From: Amoebophrya sp. A120
Taxonomy: Eukaryota > Protista > Dinoflagellata
Direction of reading: 5' to 3'
Assembly: GCA_905178155.1 (NCBI GenBank)
Contig: CAJINV010000001.1
Span: 999,311 to 1,063,310, forward strand
Length of the DNA: 64,000 nucleotides
Positions 12,201 to 25,500 of the stretch are shown here, in pieces. Each line of letters starts with the position of its first letter. The first letter of the stretch is position 1. Below the pieces are notes generated by a model, which saw only the letters and a program-made list of their open reading frames with translations, was not told the DNA's origin and did not search any database. Position numbers and translations under genes: made by a program.

Positions 12201-15200
12201 CGCCCCACGGGCAGTCCTGCACGCTGTCGCGCTGCACGGTCACGGCAAAGAAAAACTGGTTCGGCCGCATCGTGGGGGTCGGACCGCCCGCGGGCCCCTT
12301 GATGAAGTTCTGGATCGCGAAAAACAAGATGGTGCAGACCAGGACGAAAAATATGCATTGCAAATGTGTCTGGGTCTGGAAGAGTGGGACTTGTAGTGCT
12401 GTCTGCGGATTCTAAAAATATCTGTGTTGCATGAGCAGCAAGAGGAGTCAGCTCTTGGCACGCGGAGAGGGCATTTCTCATGCGTAATTAGCATCAAGAA
12501 GCTCTCAAAAAATCTGTGATGCTAGCAACAGCATCACAGACCTCACGGGTCATCGTCATGCAAAATGTGCATGACAAGTCCCGACTCTTCCAGATCCAGA
12601 CCCAGACATTTTTGCAATGCATAAAAAACGTGGCCATGCAAATCTCGTAGTTCTCGACAAACACTTCGAACAGGTAGTGCAAGTCGCGGCCTAAAACCTG
12701 CTTCGCCTCGGCGATTCTGGCCTTCAATTCCTGCTTCACCAGGTCGGCCACAAATATCCTGCGGAGAAACGTCCCCAGCCCATATTTGTCATGCACATCG
12801 GCATGCTGAGAATATTTCTCACGCGGAGCCCCATGAGAAGCGTTTTCGAGTCGTGTTTTGGAATTTGCCATGCTCCAATCAGCATGATGCGCTAGATCTG
12901 TGATGCTACTGGACTACCTAAAAAGGATTACACTACGAGGCCACGGCGCTTGTCATGCGCAACAGCCAAAGCTCGTTGATTTGTCTAGCAGATTTCCCAT
13001 CTTGAGTATGGGGTGGGGACGTTTTTACACAGGATAACAAAAGCAAGATCTTCGAACACATACCGCTCCAAGTACTCCTGGAAATTCTCCGGCGCCTTCC
13101 GGGGCGGGTTTTCGAGCAGAAAGTTCGGCAAGGGGAAGGCTGGAGTGCTGACCACCCCCTGAAGTTGCTGTGCCTTCCGGCCGCGGTGCCGCAACCACCA
13201 GTACCGGGTGGCCGCGTCCAACCCACTGCCCTCGAAGCAGCTCTTCTGCGACAACACTTCCCTCTCTTCATCCAGAAAAACCCCGATCAGGCGGGTCGGC
13301 CCGTCAAACAGCGCCACCCGTGGACAGCTGTTGTTCGCGACCTTCGAGATTTGCTCTGCTTGCTGATGCTGGTGCTGCTGCCCCTTGTTTATTCCGTTAG
13401 TTGATGTTGCTTGACCAACTGCTGCTCCCGCTCCGCTGTTGTGAAAAGTGCTATCAGGATCAAGATCGAGCAACCCTAGCTGCCTCGCGGTTTGCTCCCC
13501 CAGAAACTGGTTCCAGGGCTCCGACGCCCGCATCCAGAAGCAGGCCAGCATGCCCTCCTTGGCGACGCGCTCGCAGAACTCCTGGGTGTGGCGGTAGGCG
13601 GACAGGTTCCTCGCCGCCCGCGCCTTTGCGTTCGCGGCCTGGACGTTCTCCAAGCGGGGGAGAAAGAGAACGAGAAACCGCCCGTTCGGGATCGTTAAGC
13701 TGTTCGCCTCGCGGAGAAAAAATTGCTTCTCGTGCGCGTGCCGCCCCAACTCCTCCTGCAGACTGTGCAAATCGGGGACCTCGATCCCCTCGTCCGTGAC
13801 CGGATCGATCAGCACATACGGCGAACTTTGGATTTGCTGGTAGAGTTCCTCAATACCGTCCGCCCGCTTCACCGCTCCGAAAGAACCAGTCGTGGTTTTA
13901 CCATTTCGCAAATCACCAGAAGTACTAGTTCCGGGTGGTCCATCTAGTATCTCGTTCTGCTCTCTATCGGCCTCCAGCAGTTCGGCGCGCGCGAGGTCGG
14001 GGGGCAACACGTGAAAGAAGCACGCGAAGGGGTACTTCTGGTCCCGGCGCAGGGCCAGCATGAAGAGTTCGAAATTCTCGTCCTCCGTGCGGGCCAGGTA
14101 AATGACCCGCAGACATCCGCTATGGCTTGCAAAAATGTCTGGGTCTGCAAGATTGCAACTTGTCATGCAAAATCCGATTCATGCAAAAATGTGTGTTGCA
14201 TCAGTGCCAAAAGCTGTCCACTTTCGACCAAGTTGGAAGGGCGTTTCTCATGCAGGAGAGGCATGACAGAGACCTCACAGACTCTATCACGCTAGGCCCC
14301 GCATTCCAGACCTCATGGGTCATGGAAAACCTGCATGACAAGTTTACACTCTCCCAGACCCAGACATATTTGCAGTTGATACCCGCTGCCGTCCGGGTGC
14401 TGCAGGAGCTGCTCGTCCGGATTCTCGTTCAGCCGCAGATACTGCACCAGCTGCTTGTAGGGCGCGCCGGTTTGCCGCACCGCTTGGAACCGGACGGTTT
14501 CCGCAACTAAATCGTACTGGAATGCGGTCTCCGACACCGTGAACGGGTCCGACCGCAGTTTTAAATCGGAATGCACCAATACCAGGCAGGGGTGCGTGGT
14601 CACTCCTAAATGCTCCAGCAGCGCGCTGTCCGCCTGAAACACGGGCACGTTGGCGAACCGGAAAAACTCGGATATTACAATGAAAAATGCCCCCTCCCCA
14701 TATCAAAACGGAGATCTGTGATGCTAAAACAACCGCACCGACATTGCCATTGTCCAGCATAGCTTTGGAGGCAAGCCTCCGCAGGCGCTGAATGTGATCT
14801 GTGATGCAGATTTGTGGTCACAAATCAGCTTTGTGATGCTAGAAGGCAAAAGATGCGGACTGTAGTGCTGTCGAGCGTGGGAAAGCCTTGCAGCTCCAGG
14901 ATGACAGGAGGCAACTGGAAGTGGGAAACAGCATGACAGATTACCTGCAATTTAGGCCGCAGCTTCGTCTCTTGGCCTTCTAGCAATACAAGTTGATTTG
15001 TATACTCAAACACAGCATCACAAATTCGCGCATCTTCCGGTTCCGATATGGGGTGGGGGGCTTTTTTCACTTTGATATCGGAATCCTCCAGCTCCGAAAC
15101 CCAGTCGCCGCCCTTCGTGTCCTATGAAATGCAAAAGCGTCTGGGTCTGGAAGATTCTAAACTTGTGATGCTGTCTCTGGATTCGAGAAAAATTTGTATT

Positions 15201-16007
15201 GCATGGCCAGTGAGAGCAGTAGATTTTGTGCTCCGCGGAGATGGCATTTGTCATGCGGAATAGGCATGAGGAAGCGCTCTGCAAATCCGTGATGCTAGGC
15301 CATGCATTACAGGCATTATGGATCATGCAAAATATGCATGACAAATCTTGCAATCTCCCAGACCCAGACATTTTTGCATTTGATATGTCCAGCCGGGAGG
15401 TGCCGTGAAAGACGTGGAGCAGCACGAATTTCTCGCTGTGCTTTGATTCGAAATCGAGGAGCTGTTTCACGGTCGTGATGACCAGATCCGCCTTATTCGG
15501 ATCCGGCCGCCGAGGCTGCCGGGAAGACGGGCCTGGAGTGGAGGTTTGATTTCTTGTTTGCGCAAAAATTATTTGACAAAACAATCGAAGACGAAAGAAC
15601 CATGGAAAAACTACTTCCTTGCATTTATTGTGTCTGGGAGTTCATCTACTTCAACGTACAAATATTATTTTGAAAAGAAAAATCCAATGAGTAGTACTCT
15701 GCGTCTGCACCCCCCGGTCGTACAGTCTTCGCCTGTTCGGGTCGCGCAACACATCGTATGCTTCCTTCACCTGCAAAAATTCCGTGTCGGAGCCCTTTTT
15801 GTCCGGATGCGCTTCCAGAGACCGTTGGCGGAATGCGCGCTTGATCTCTGCCGCAGTCGCGGACCGGTTGATGCCAAGTACGTCGTAAAGGTTTGCCGTT
15901 GCGGCCACTGCATAAGTAGTACCGACTCCAAGAACGTTGAGCAATGCTAGGAGCGTCACCGCGATCCCCAGAAAACCAGTTTGTCGCCACAGTAGAAACA
16001 CAGACAT
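9250..16007 (-). CDS. DnaJ-domain membrane protein (signal peptide, J-domain, thioredoxin-like region, TM helix, PDZ-like segments, low-complexity tail), spliced
   Basis: J-domain LYDVLGINRSATAAEIKRAFRQRSLEAHPDK with HPD motif; TM segment FFVLVCTILFFAI. Frame is continuous across the TIR introns checked (8 in the gene). Thioredoxin and PDZ calls are pattern-based and tentative. Confidence 0.75.
10877..11131. mobile_element. TIR introner family A
   Basis: Family A TIRs; DR TTTGC. Confidence 0.95.
11200..11349. mobile_element. TIR introner (shortest, 150 bp)
   Basis: TAT...ATA ends, imperfect TIR; DR TCAGC; frame restored. Confidence 0.85.
11601..11897. mobile_element. TIR introner family B-like
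   Basis: TIR TATTACRATGAAAAATGCCCC; DR GCACT. Confidence 0.92.
12352..12623. mobile_element. TIR introner family A
   Basis: Family A TIRs; DR AAAAA. Confidence 0.93.
12755..13036. mobile_element. TIR introner family D
   Basis: TIR TATCCTG....AAACGTCCCCASCCCATA; DR ACAAA. Confidence 0.95.
14121..14381. mobile_element. TIR introner family A
   Basis: Family A TIRs; DR TCCGC/CCCGC (synonymous mismatch). Confidence 0.93.
14673..15077. mobile_element. TIR introner family B with nested 71-bp insert
   Basis: DR TCGGA; body similar to 59889-60199; insert 14725-14795 lies between 12-bp repeats. Confidence 0.93.
15123..15385. mobile_element. TIR introner family A
   Basis: Family A TIRs; DR TGTCC. 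Confidence 0.95.
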
Positions 16008-17139
16008 TTTGGTCGATCTGGACGTGTCGTGTGGTTTTGATATGTGTCGAAATTCGTTTTACTTGGTAAAACTTAGCATGTAAATTTTCCATGTAGATGT
16101 AAATGTAAACAAAGTAATCAGTGATAGCCTAAGGTCCAAAGCACACACAAGCGCACTGATGAAATAGATTGACTTTCAATCATAAATGGAAAACAACCGT
16201 AACAGCTTGTTCAAAATACGACAACAGCGGCAGATTTTGAATAGGATCCCAAGAATTTTTCAAATCAGGTGGATCCAGGTCTTCTCTCTGCTTTTCTCCC
16301 TCCCAAGCTAGCGCTCGGCTCCCGGAAAACTAAAGTGAGATCTTCGCATATGAAGCACGCGACCAAATGAAATTCGAAAAATCAGAATAGCTGTGCGCTC
16401 CTTCACCGATTTGCATACCTGTCAGAACCGAGCTTAGCACAACTTTGATCTTCCTTCCTCCAATAAGCACACATCTGCGGCCGAGAAGGTACTTGGTGAC
16501 GACGCCCTGTCAGCCTCGCAGAGATACCTCTGTGACCAGTCCAACAAACCGTAACCATGAGCGCTCGTCATGGAATTCGCAGCCTAGCGTATTGTATGTT
16601 TTTGCGACGATTAGCCGAAACTGTATTTGAAAAATTCGTACAAAAGTTCATTTCCATTCCAGCGCGTCCGATCGCCCAAAACAGCGTGGCGCGGCCAGTG
16701 TTTGCATATCCGAACTTGATGCAGGGGCTGCATCTGCAACGAATCAAGACACGAATCGCGAAACCAACTAAGCTGCAGAAGCAAGGCTCGGTAATTTACA
16801 AGGATATAGCGACTTGTGTGTAGCAGGAGATCTTAGTGTAACCTGCTTTAGCAGATGTGGAAGAAGTCTTTCCAGGGTTATATCGTACACGATTTTGAGG
16901 ATATTTTATTTCGCTTTCCTGCTCATACAGTGAGGGATGAAGTAAACGATTCTTACTGAATTGATATTATACAAAATTCGTGCAGCAGCCCTGATGCACT
17001 GGCGTCGGCACGGTCACTTCCGTTTTATAGGAACTACCCGGATAGAACTCAACTAGTTTTGTCAAAGTTCCAGCCGAGTATAGCTCTTACTCTTTAAGTT
17101 GTACCTAACTAGCGGACTAGAGGAAAAACAGGCAAACTC

Positions 17140-20100
17140 CTATTTGCACATCTGCTGGATTCCCTCGAAGCACCAATCTTGTTTTTCGTACTTGAGCAAC
17201 CCCGCCAGCGTGATCATCAGGGTCGCAAAACAAATGAGGAACGCGAGGAGAAAGATCTATCCTGTGTAAAAACGTCCCCACACCATAGTTGTCACGCAAC
17301 TCTTTTTTTTTTTTTAGTTGTCACGCAACTCTGCATGCTTAAAATGTTTCTCATGCGGAGCCCCATGCAGAGCATTTTCTAATGGTGTTTTGAAATTTGT
17401 CATGCTCCAATCAGCATGAGAGACTAGATCTGTAATGCTGCTGAACTAGCTCAAACAGCACTACGCTACGCGTCCAAATTTGTCATGCCAAACAGCCAAA
17501 GCTTGTGGATTTGTCTAGCCGAATCCCCATCTTGACTATGGGGTGGGTACGTTTTTATTTAGGATAAGATCAGGATGCTCGTCATCTGCTTCTCCTTGAC
17601 CACCTTGTCGATTTTCGACTTTCCGAGCAGCGCCCCGACGAACGCGACGACGCAGAACAGCACGGAGTAGTATCAAATGCAAAAATGTCTGGGTCTGGAA
17701 ACTTGTGTTGCTGATACTTGCATTGCAAAATTGCTGCTTGTACGGCATAACAGCATGAGAAATTTCCCTCGGCTCCTTGCGGATTCATTCGTGTTTAGCA
17801 CTACAAACTGCCATCCAGCACGACAAAAAAGCTGACCAAAAATGGTATCCATGCATTCTGTAATTTACAGATCTTGTTGTCCTTGAAGTCCTGTAAGTAT
17901 CACAAATCCAGACCCAGGCATATTTGCACTGCATAAGTAGCTCCAGGGCACCAGACCAGAGGACACGAACATCAGGGCCGCCGAGGAGCTGGTGAGGGCG
18001 ATCAACGTCGCGGTGGTGGCGGTAGAGACCTGCGGGAGCACGCCCATCTGCAGCATCAAGGGCCCCAGCACCATGCCGCCGCCGATCCCGATTAACCCGG
18101 CCAGGATGCCGGCCAGGAAGGTCCAGCGGGCGTAAAACGCCGCCTTCTCAAAGGTCCACAGCACATCGCCCTCGACGAAGGGGTAGTCCACCGCCTGCTT
18201 CCGGACGGATTTGTGCACCGCCCGACGCGCCATCTGCACGCCGAAGCCGAACAGAAACACGAAGGCCAGGGCGGTGAAACTCCAGTAGGCCTCGCCGCAC
18301 ATGGGCACCAGCTCGTCCCCCAGCAAGCTGTCCATGCCCTTGCCGCCGCGGAAGAGCAAGACGAGCAGCAGAAAAATCCAGAGCACGAACAGGTACCCGA
18401 ACTGTCTCCAGGGCTGTTTTATCAAATGTAAAAATGTCTGGGTCTGGAAGAGTGCGCAATTTGTCATGCAGCTTTTCCATGACCCATGAGGTCTGGAATG
18501 CAGGACCTAGCATGACAGATTCTGTGCGATCACTTTCTCATGCCTATCCTGCATGAGAAACTGCCACCCGACTTGGTCAAAACTGGACGATTTTTGGCAA
18601 TCATGGTTGGTTGTGGATCGGCTCTGCCGACCGGGTAACCCAACGCCTTGCATACAAGTGACCGACTTAGGCGAGCCCCGTTGTGGGACATACAAATGGC
18701 CGTACGGAAGGGCCCTAAGCGCTACATACATAGTTCACCCTAAGCGCCTATTTTTGGGCAATCATGCAACACAGATTTTTGCATGCTTCAGATTTAGCAT
18801 GACAAGTTGCACTCTTCCAGACCCAGACATTTTTACATTTGATATGTTTGCTGTCGCGCGTCAGCCACTCGGTCGACCCGTACACGTGGTCCAGGTCTCT
18901 TTTGGACCGCATCCATTTCGGCGACTGCGCCTCCAGCTCGTCCAGCCGCTGCGACACGTTTGCGGGCAGGAGGGAAACAGGAGCTGGTTGCGAGGTCATA
19001 ATTCCGGGCTGAGCGTCGTGAACAACATGAACATCTTCTTCTCCGCGGTTTGCTACTTGGTCGAGATTCTCAGTCTGAATCGTCAAGCAGGCTTGCGGGC
19101 TGCTCGTGGCTGCTTTTGGCGCAGTGGAATTGTCCAGCAGGTTGAGGTTCGTGTCCTTTTTACTATCCCCGGCAACTACGCAGGGGGAGCCAGTGGCAGA
19201 TGGGCCCGCTGCAGGCGTGTTCACTTCGTTCGGTTGGCCGGTCGGTGGGTCGTCTCCTTCAGCTCCTGGTGCGGACTCATCCATGCCGGCCTAGTAGTAG
19301 GTTTAGTTTGGTAGTGTCTTTGTGCCGTTGATGGTGTACTAGCTAGAGGGCGTTATACGTTGTCTGCAGAAGCAGAATGATCTTCATCTTTCTCTAGCGG
19401 TAGGTACAAATACGTAGGCTACTGTTGCAAATAAAAATCGGTTGATTTTCGTCGTAAAAAAAATCCGCACAAAACTAAGTACCTCCCGGTCCTGCGTTAC
19501 AGCTGCGGGGACAACTTCCACATTCACATCGTCAGCAGTGATAGCCGCTGGTGCATCCTCTATCGCAGTAGAAGAACTCGGTTTATTGTTTTCCGTACTG
19601 GTTGCAGCAGCTGTCGGTCCGTTCTTCTTGGCCTCTTTTTCTGCACGAAGCTTCTTGTCTTTTTCGTGTTGCTTGAAAGCTGTGCAAGAAGAATTTTCAA
19701 TATTTCGGGTGATCGTTGTGGTAGTTTTCATCTGGTTCTACTCGATAATAGTTCCACGCGCGATCCATCGTATCAAAGAAATTCATCCGCTAACAAGAAA
19801 GTCCTATTATGTAAGTACCTTTCTTGAACGTCAACCTTCCAGTCTGCCCTAAGATCACCGCCATGATCAGAATGACGGCCCAGTCCGGCAGAAATTTCTG
19901 CACCAGTACCCCCAGCACCGCGCCTGCCATTTCCATCGGCGCCAGAAACAGAGCCATGTCTAAATCAATCAGCGGCCGGTCCGCGAGGGGGTGGCGGTTT
20001 TGCAAGTTGATCACCAGTCCGGCTATCGAGGCGCCAAAGATCGACGCCTGCGAGAGGCCGGTCGCCGTTTTTGCGCCAAAGCGAAGCAGCAGAATCCCCA

Positions 20101-21172
20101 CGGGAACGAAGATGCCGCCGCCGCCAACGCCGGCTGCCATCGCCAGGCCGGCTCCCACAAACCATATCAGCACCCCGAACAGGTCGTGCACCCAGTACTT
20201 GGACGAGAAAACCTGAAGGAAGAAATTGATGAATAAATTGTAGCTAAAACAAAAACAATTTTATTGATGTGGACGAAATTCAAAAATGTAATGCCGCTTC
20301 TTTTCACGAAGGGTCGGTGTTTCGAATGAGCGCTTTTTGGGAATAAGCACGATGTCCGTAGACCATAGTACATTCGACCGTGTACTACATGGTACATCGC
20401 TCCATGCTAATATGACATCGGTAGAAATTGCACCTGCCTCTTGATGCAGACTTTGGGATCCGAATCGGCGTCGGACACTTTGTAGTCTCCGCATTTAGTG
20501 CAGTCGGACTCTATATGCATTGCAAATATGTCCGGGTCTGGAAAGATGTAAACTTCTGATGCGCATCCATTTGAGAGCAGAAAAAAATCTGTCATGCATG
20601 GACCGCAAAAGTTGCTCACTTCTTGTCACCAAAAGAGGGAACTTGTCATGCGGATTAGGCATCGCCTAACCTACTCGAAACCTGTGTTGCTAGGACTTGC
20701 ATACCAGACCTTCTGGGTCATGCACAAACAGCATCACACTCGTTCAGACCCAGACATATTTGCATTTGATACTCTAGCGTGTTGGTTTCCGGGCAATAAA
20801 ACTTCGAGGATTCATATCGTGAGAAAAAAGTGTTACAGTTACACACTCTGATGGGAGACAAGCAAGACAGATAACCTCTGTCATGCAGGAAATGCTTGCC
20901 AACCTCATTTCATACGTGTTTTCCCTTATAGTCTGCGCATCACAGGTTTTCTTTGCCATGTCGAGCAACTTTGTGATGCAGAAACTCCAACAGGTGTGTA
21001 ACTGTAACACTTTTTCCTGTGATAATTCACAAGCAAAAACGGCGACACTGTCAAGCTGCACGGCGGTGAGGAATGCAAGAGCCAGAAAAGTACTAGTGCC
21101 ACGACCTGTGGTCCTTGTCGACGTCGAGAAATGTTTTCTGCTCATCTTGCCCGAATGATCAATACAATACAA
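17140..21172 (-). CDS. TauE/SafE (TSUP) sulfite-exporter family membrane protein, spliced; 5' end approximate
   Basis: Motifs AMAAGVGGGGIFVP, RHPLADRPLIDLD and AGLIGIGGGMVLGPLMLQMGVLPQVSTAT; 4 TIR introns; stop TAG at 17140-17142. Confidence 0.85.
17258..17566. mobile_element. TIR introner family D with nested poly(T) insert
   Basis: DR AGATC; T12 lies between 17-bp repeats. Confidence 0.95.
17671..17935. mobile_element. TIR introner family A (divergent body)
   Basis: Family A TIRs; DR AGTAG. Confidence 0.92.
18420..18844. mobile_element. TIR introner family A with nested ~145-bp insert
   Basis: DR TGTTT; opposite orientation to 1215-1476. Confidence 0.95.
20514..20771. mobile_element. TIR introner family A
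   Basis: Family A TIRs; DR CTCTA. Confidence 0.9.
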
Positions 21173-22501
21173 TAATCATTCACAAAAAGTTTTTTGTGTG
21201 CAGGTCCCAAAAGGGGGGGGCAAAGGCCTAAATTTGCGTCTCACCTCGCATGGGAAGATGCGGTTCCCAGGTACCTCGTCAGCATACCAAAATTTGCGAA
21301 AAAACTTGTGGTGCGTGCAGTCGCTCAAGTCGTAAAAAAAATAAACGAACTAGCTGTGCGTGAATACACGAAAAGAATGGTGGAGCAATGATGTCGCCGA
21401 TGAGGATAAAGTGCCACACTTACAATCTAAAAGTTGTGCCGACGAGGGTCTACAAATCGAAAAAAAGCGCTAAGAGCCTCAGCCTCACGCAGAGACGAGT
21501 GTAGTATGTTCGGAAGAGATCGCTGCGAGAACTTGGAAGAACTTCTCGCTCGCGCCACGACACACCATGCAGAAGATCATCTGCACTGTCAGTTTGGGGA
21601 GAAAAACTGACGGCACAGAATGCGTGCGTTTAGACAAGGACTAGACGCTCACTCGTTTCGAACTCAGATGGTATACAGGCAAAGACGACACGCCCTCGTC
21701 TTATTTCATCGTGGAACAAGAGAACATGTTCACGGAGAACGATGTTGCGCACCAGAGTAATTCGATTCATCCGGGATATGCAGCCAGTCAGGCTCTACTA
21801 TAAGCATTTTCAACATCGCGTGAAACTAAAATGTCGTTTCTATTGAAATAAAGTTCGCTTGCAATGGAAGTTCTTTCTTCCTTGTTTCGATAACTACTTA
21901 CCATCGAATCCGTAGCACATCACCGGTATGGCTATTCGATAAAATTATATATTCTCAAAATTCTCTATAAACGAATGGATCTACTTGCCCCCTTCGCCGG
22001 CCCATTTTTGCCGGCCCATGGCGGTGCAACTCGGCAGCGCGGGCAGAAACAGAAAGTTGCTGGCGATATTAAAGTGAAAAAAAGTATCAAACAATTCCTA
22101 TGGCGACTTTTACAGCAATTCGCTATATTTTCATCTTTGGATATTCGTAAATTTTTTGGCAAATCGCGCTTTAGTTTTAGTCATTGGTTTCATTTTGAGA
22201 TGCAAATTGATACAGTAAAAACCTCGTGTTCCTTTCATTATATCTGCACAGACAGCAAATTTTTCGCTGCCCTCTCATCAAGAGAGGCTACTTATTCGAA
22301 TCTGGACAAAGAAAGCTCCGAAAAGTCACGGGTTCCGCGATTAACTGTCATGTCTGTATTCACTAAAATTTGTGATGTGGATGCAAAAGTAGAAACGCGA
22401 ACTTCTACTGCATGGACTGAGTCATGATGTTGTGCACGGCGAATGCATATCTGGTCCGTAGTCGATCGTACCTGTTGCGTTACACCAAAGTCGATACCTC
22501 G

Positions 22502-25500
22502 TCAACTTTGATTCTCTTCCGCCTCCACAAAGAGCTCTTCAATCCTCTGGGGCCTCCGCTGCAACACCTCTTGTAAGTTGTTTAGCCGGAGAAGCGTTTT
22601 CGCCTGTATCTCGGTTTCCCAACCGTGTTTGTTGGAGAACAGAATGACAGAAGCTCCACTACCGACGTTCGACAGTTCCTGGCCGCCTTCCTGCTCCTCC
22701 TGGCACAACACCGCTTGTTGCGAGGCCCGCTCGACCTGGCGAAAGCGAAACCGCACGGCATCGGGGCGGCTGTTGGTCTCAAACCCACCGGCGGCCGGGA
22801 ACCGCGACGGTGCTGAAGCCCCAGATAGTGGCGCTTCATTTTGTCCGCTGGATGTTGCCGGTGGAGAGTTTGTGTTTGAGTTTTTCGGTGTAGAAATGCA
22901 GAATTCCTCGACGTGGTGCTCTGCTCTCGCCCCGGTGGGCTGCTGCTGGGACGATGCAGCTCCAACTTGCTGCAACGAGGCGCTGCTGGAACTGGAGGGA
23001 AAGCTCAAGATCGGTTGCTCCAACATCCTTGGCAATTCGGAGAGTGTTGACATCGAGGCTCCTGCAGGAGCCCCGGACAGTGCTGGGATGCTATACGTGG
23101 CGGTGGGAGAGAGGAGGATCGGCGGAGGGTGCAGCTGTTGTTGTGCTGGCGTCTGAAGAACATGATGCTGTTGCTGCTGTAGTTGTGCTGGCGTCTGAAG
23201 AACATGATGTTGCTGCTGTGTAATGTTGGCACTAGAAACAACCACACCTGGAGGTCCACCGCTAGTTCCACCCCATGTACCGGGCGAATAGTAGGACAGT
23301 GACTGGTGATGTGATGGTACAGTCTGTGGGTTGTAGAAGTCGGGCTGCTGCTGGTGATGCTGCTCCAGCCAGATAGCAGGAGACGAGGAACTCGAGGGCC
23401 CCGCCTCTGCTCGTCCCCCAGGACTGTTGCCGCCTTGTTGCTGCATTTGGATTAAATGCTGCTGCTGGTTCGGAACAAACTGGTGGTGCACAGTACTACT
23501 AGGCGAGTAAGATGGGCCGCCGTGTTCTTGCGGGGGAACAAACAGGCTCTGCGGCGGCCCAGAACCACGGTTTCCTCCAGTGCTATCCACATGATCAACC
23601 ACGGGCACAACTGCCACGGGCTGCAGATGGTAAGTCGGGAAAAAACCGACCGGGAATAGACCGCCGGGCGGGGGATTCGCCATTTGCTCAGGGCCAGCGC
23701 TGGGATATCAAATGCAAAAATGTAGTCTGGGTCTGGAAGAATGCGCGACTTGTCATGCAGATTTTCCATGACTCATGAGGTCTGGAATGCAGTAACTAGC
23801 ATGACAGATTCTGTGAGATCTCTGTCATGCCTATCCTGCATCAGAAACGCCCTCTACACCAGGTCAAAAGTGGACACCTTTAGGTAAGCATGCAACACAG
23901 ATCTTTACAAGATGCAGACTTAGCATGACAAGTTACAACCTTCCAGACCCAGACATATTTGCAATGCATATGGGAACTGACGACACGATCCCGCTGTTGG
24001 TGCCCGCACTCACGTCCGACAAACTCCGCGACAGGCTGCACAAGTTGTGGGTTTCTTGCATCCGTTCCCGCTCCGCGAGGACTTCTTCCCGTGTCACCAA
24101 TTGCCAGGCCCGGACAGTGCCTAGGTCGATATCGCCCGCGCTAACGTCCGCGAAGTGCAAGTCCAAGTCTCGCAAACACTGGAGCAGCAAGTTGCCCCGC
24201 GTGATCTCGCCCAGCTTCTTCGTCATCCAGGTGTCCGCCTTCGTGAAGCCCTTCTCCAGGCACCACAAGGCCAGCAGCTCCGGAACCCCGACCAGCGACC
24301 GCAACCGCGCTTCGCTGGAGGTAGTAGAAGAAGAGCGGGCATCAGCAGCAGAAGCTCCTGCGAATGCAATATCGTTGCCAAACTCGTCGCCAGGAATTTC
24401 TTGCGCGACAGCGACTCCCGCACGGATGAGGAAGAGAGACAAAAACCGAAACGCGGTGTGCACAATCGGGGGCAAATGAGAAACCAGAGCCTCCAGCTGC
24501 GGAATGGGCGACCGGAGTTCTTGCTCCGACCAGACGTCATCGCTCTATGAAGTCACACAATAGAACTCCGGCACCATCGCGACTACGATAGCTATCGGGA
24601 AATGTTCACGATAGCTAGCAGAAACGAGCGCGCTGCCGCTTTAGGTTGTGCCGATTAGAGCCCGACGGGGCACCTCAAACACCGCAAAAAGGGCTCTGTG
24701 CACGTGCAGGCGCATGCGCATGCGCATGCAATGCGCAACTGCCGAGCTCCGGCGGCCCGGCCCAACACACACGTTGCGCGTCGATTCTTGGGGAGGAGGG
24801 CCTGGGTCAAGCCACAGTCGCTACCGCTAGCCCCACGCCAAGCAACAAATAAAAGCAAAAGGACGAAAATTGGCCCGAGCAGTCCCCGCGCAACCGAGGT
24901 TGCTGGCCTTCCATTCACCCCTGCCTACCAAGAAACGCGTGGTGGTCTCGGTGGCCGAGAGCCCCACGGGCTCTGCGTCTGCGCCAACCTTGACTCAAAA
25001 ATAATATGAACTGGGCAGGCACGCACGTTGTCGCACAGCGGCAGTGCGCGTCTCGCTCGCAGGGCCAAGAAAGGTGCGGCCCAACCTCCCACGCAGAGCT
25101 ATCGCCCACCTGGGAAAAACCTCTGGAACGGGGGCCGGCCAAGAAAAAAAAGGCTGCGCAGACGAGAGCCAACCAGGACGGGGTTACCGATTCTAGCGGC
25201 GAAACAGCTCGGGCGAAGGTGTTTCGACGTCGAAACACCTCCGCGCGACCTGTTTCGACGATAGAATCGGCCGGGAGAGCGCCTTGGCCCAACCTGTTTC
25301 GCCGATTAAATCGGGACGCTGGGCCCGGGCTGCTGCGCGTTGACGGCGCCCGCGCGACAGAAACAGAACAGGAAATGGAGGAAAGCTCCGCGACACAGGG
25401 CCACAGCTGTTCATAACCTATTGCCGGCGGAAGTTGGAGAGAAAAGCCGCCCGGCCAGCGCGTGCTGGCAGTGGCAAGCGTCGAAGAAAGAGGCGAAGCA

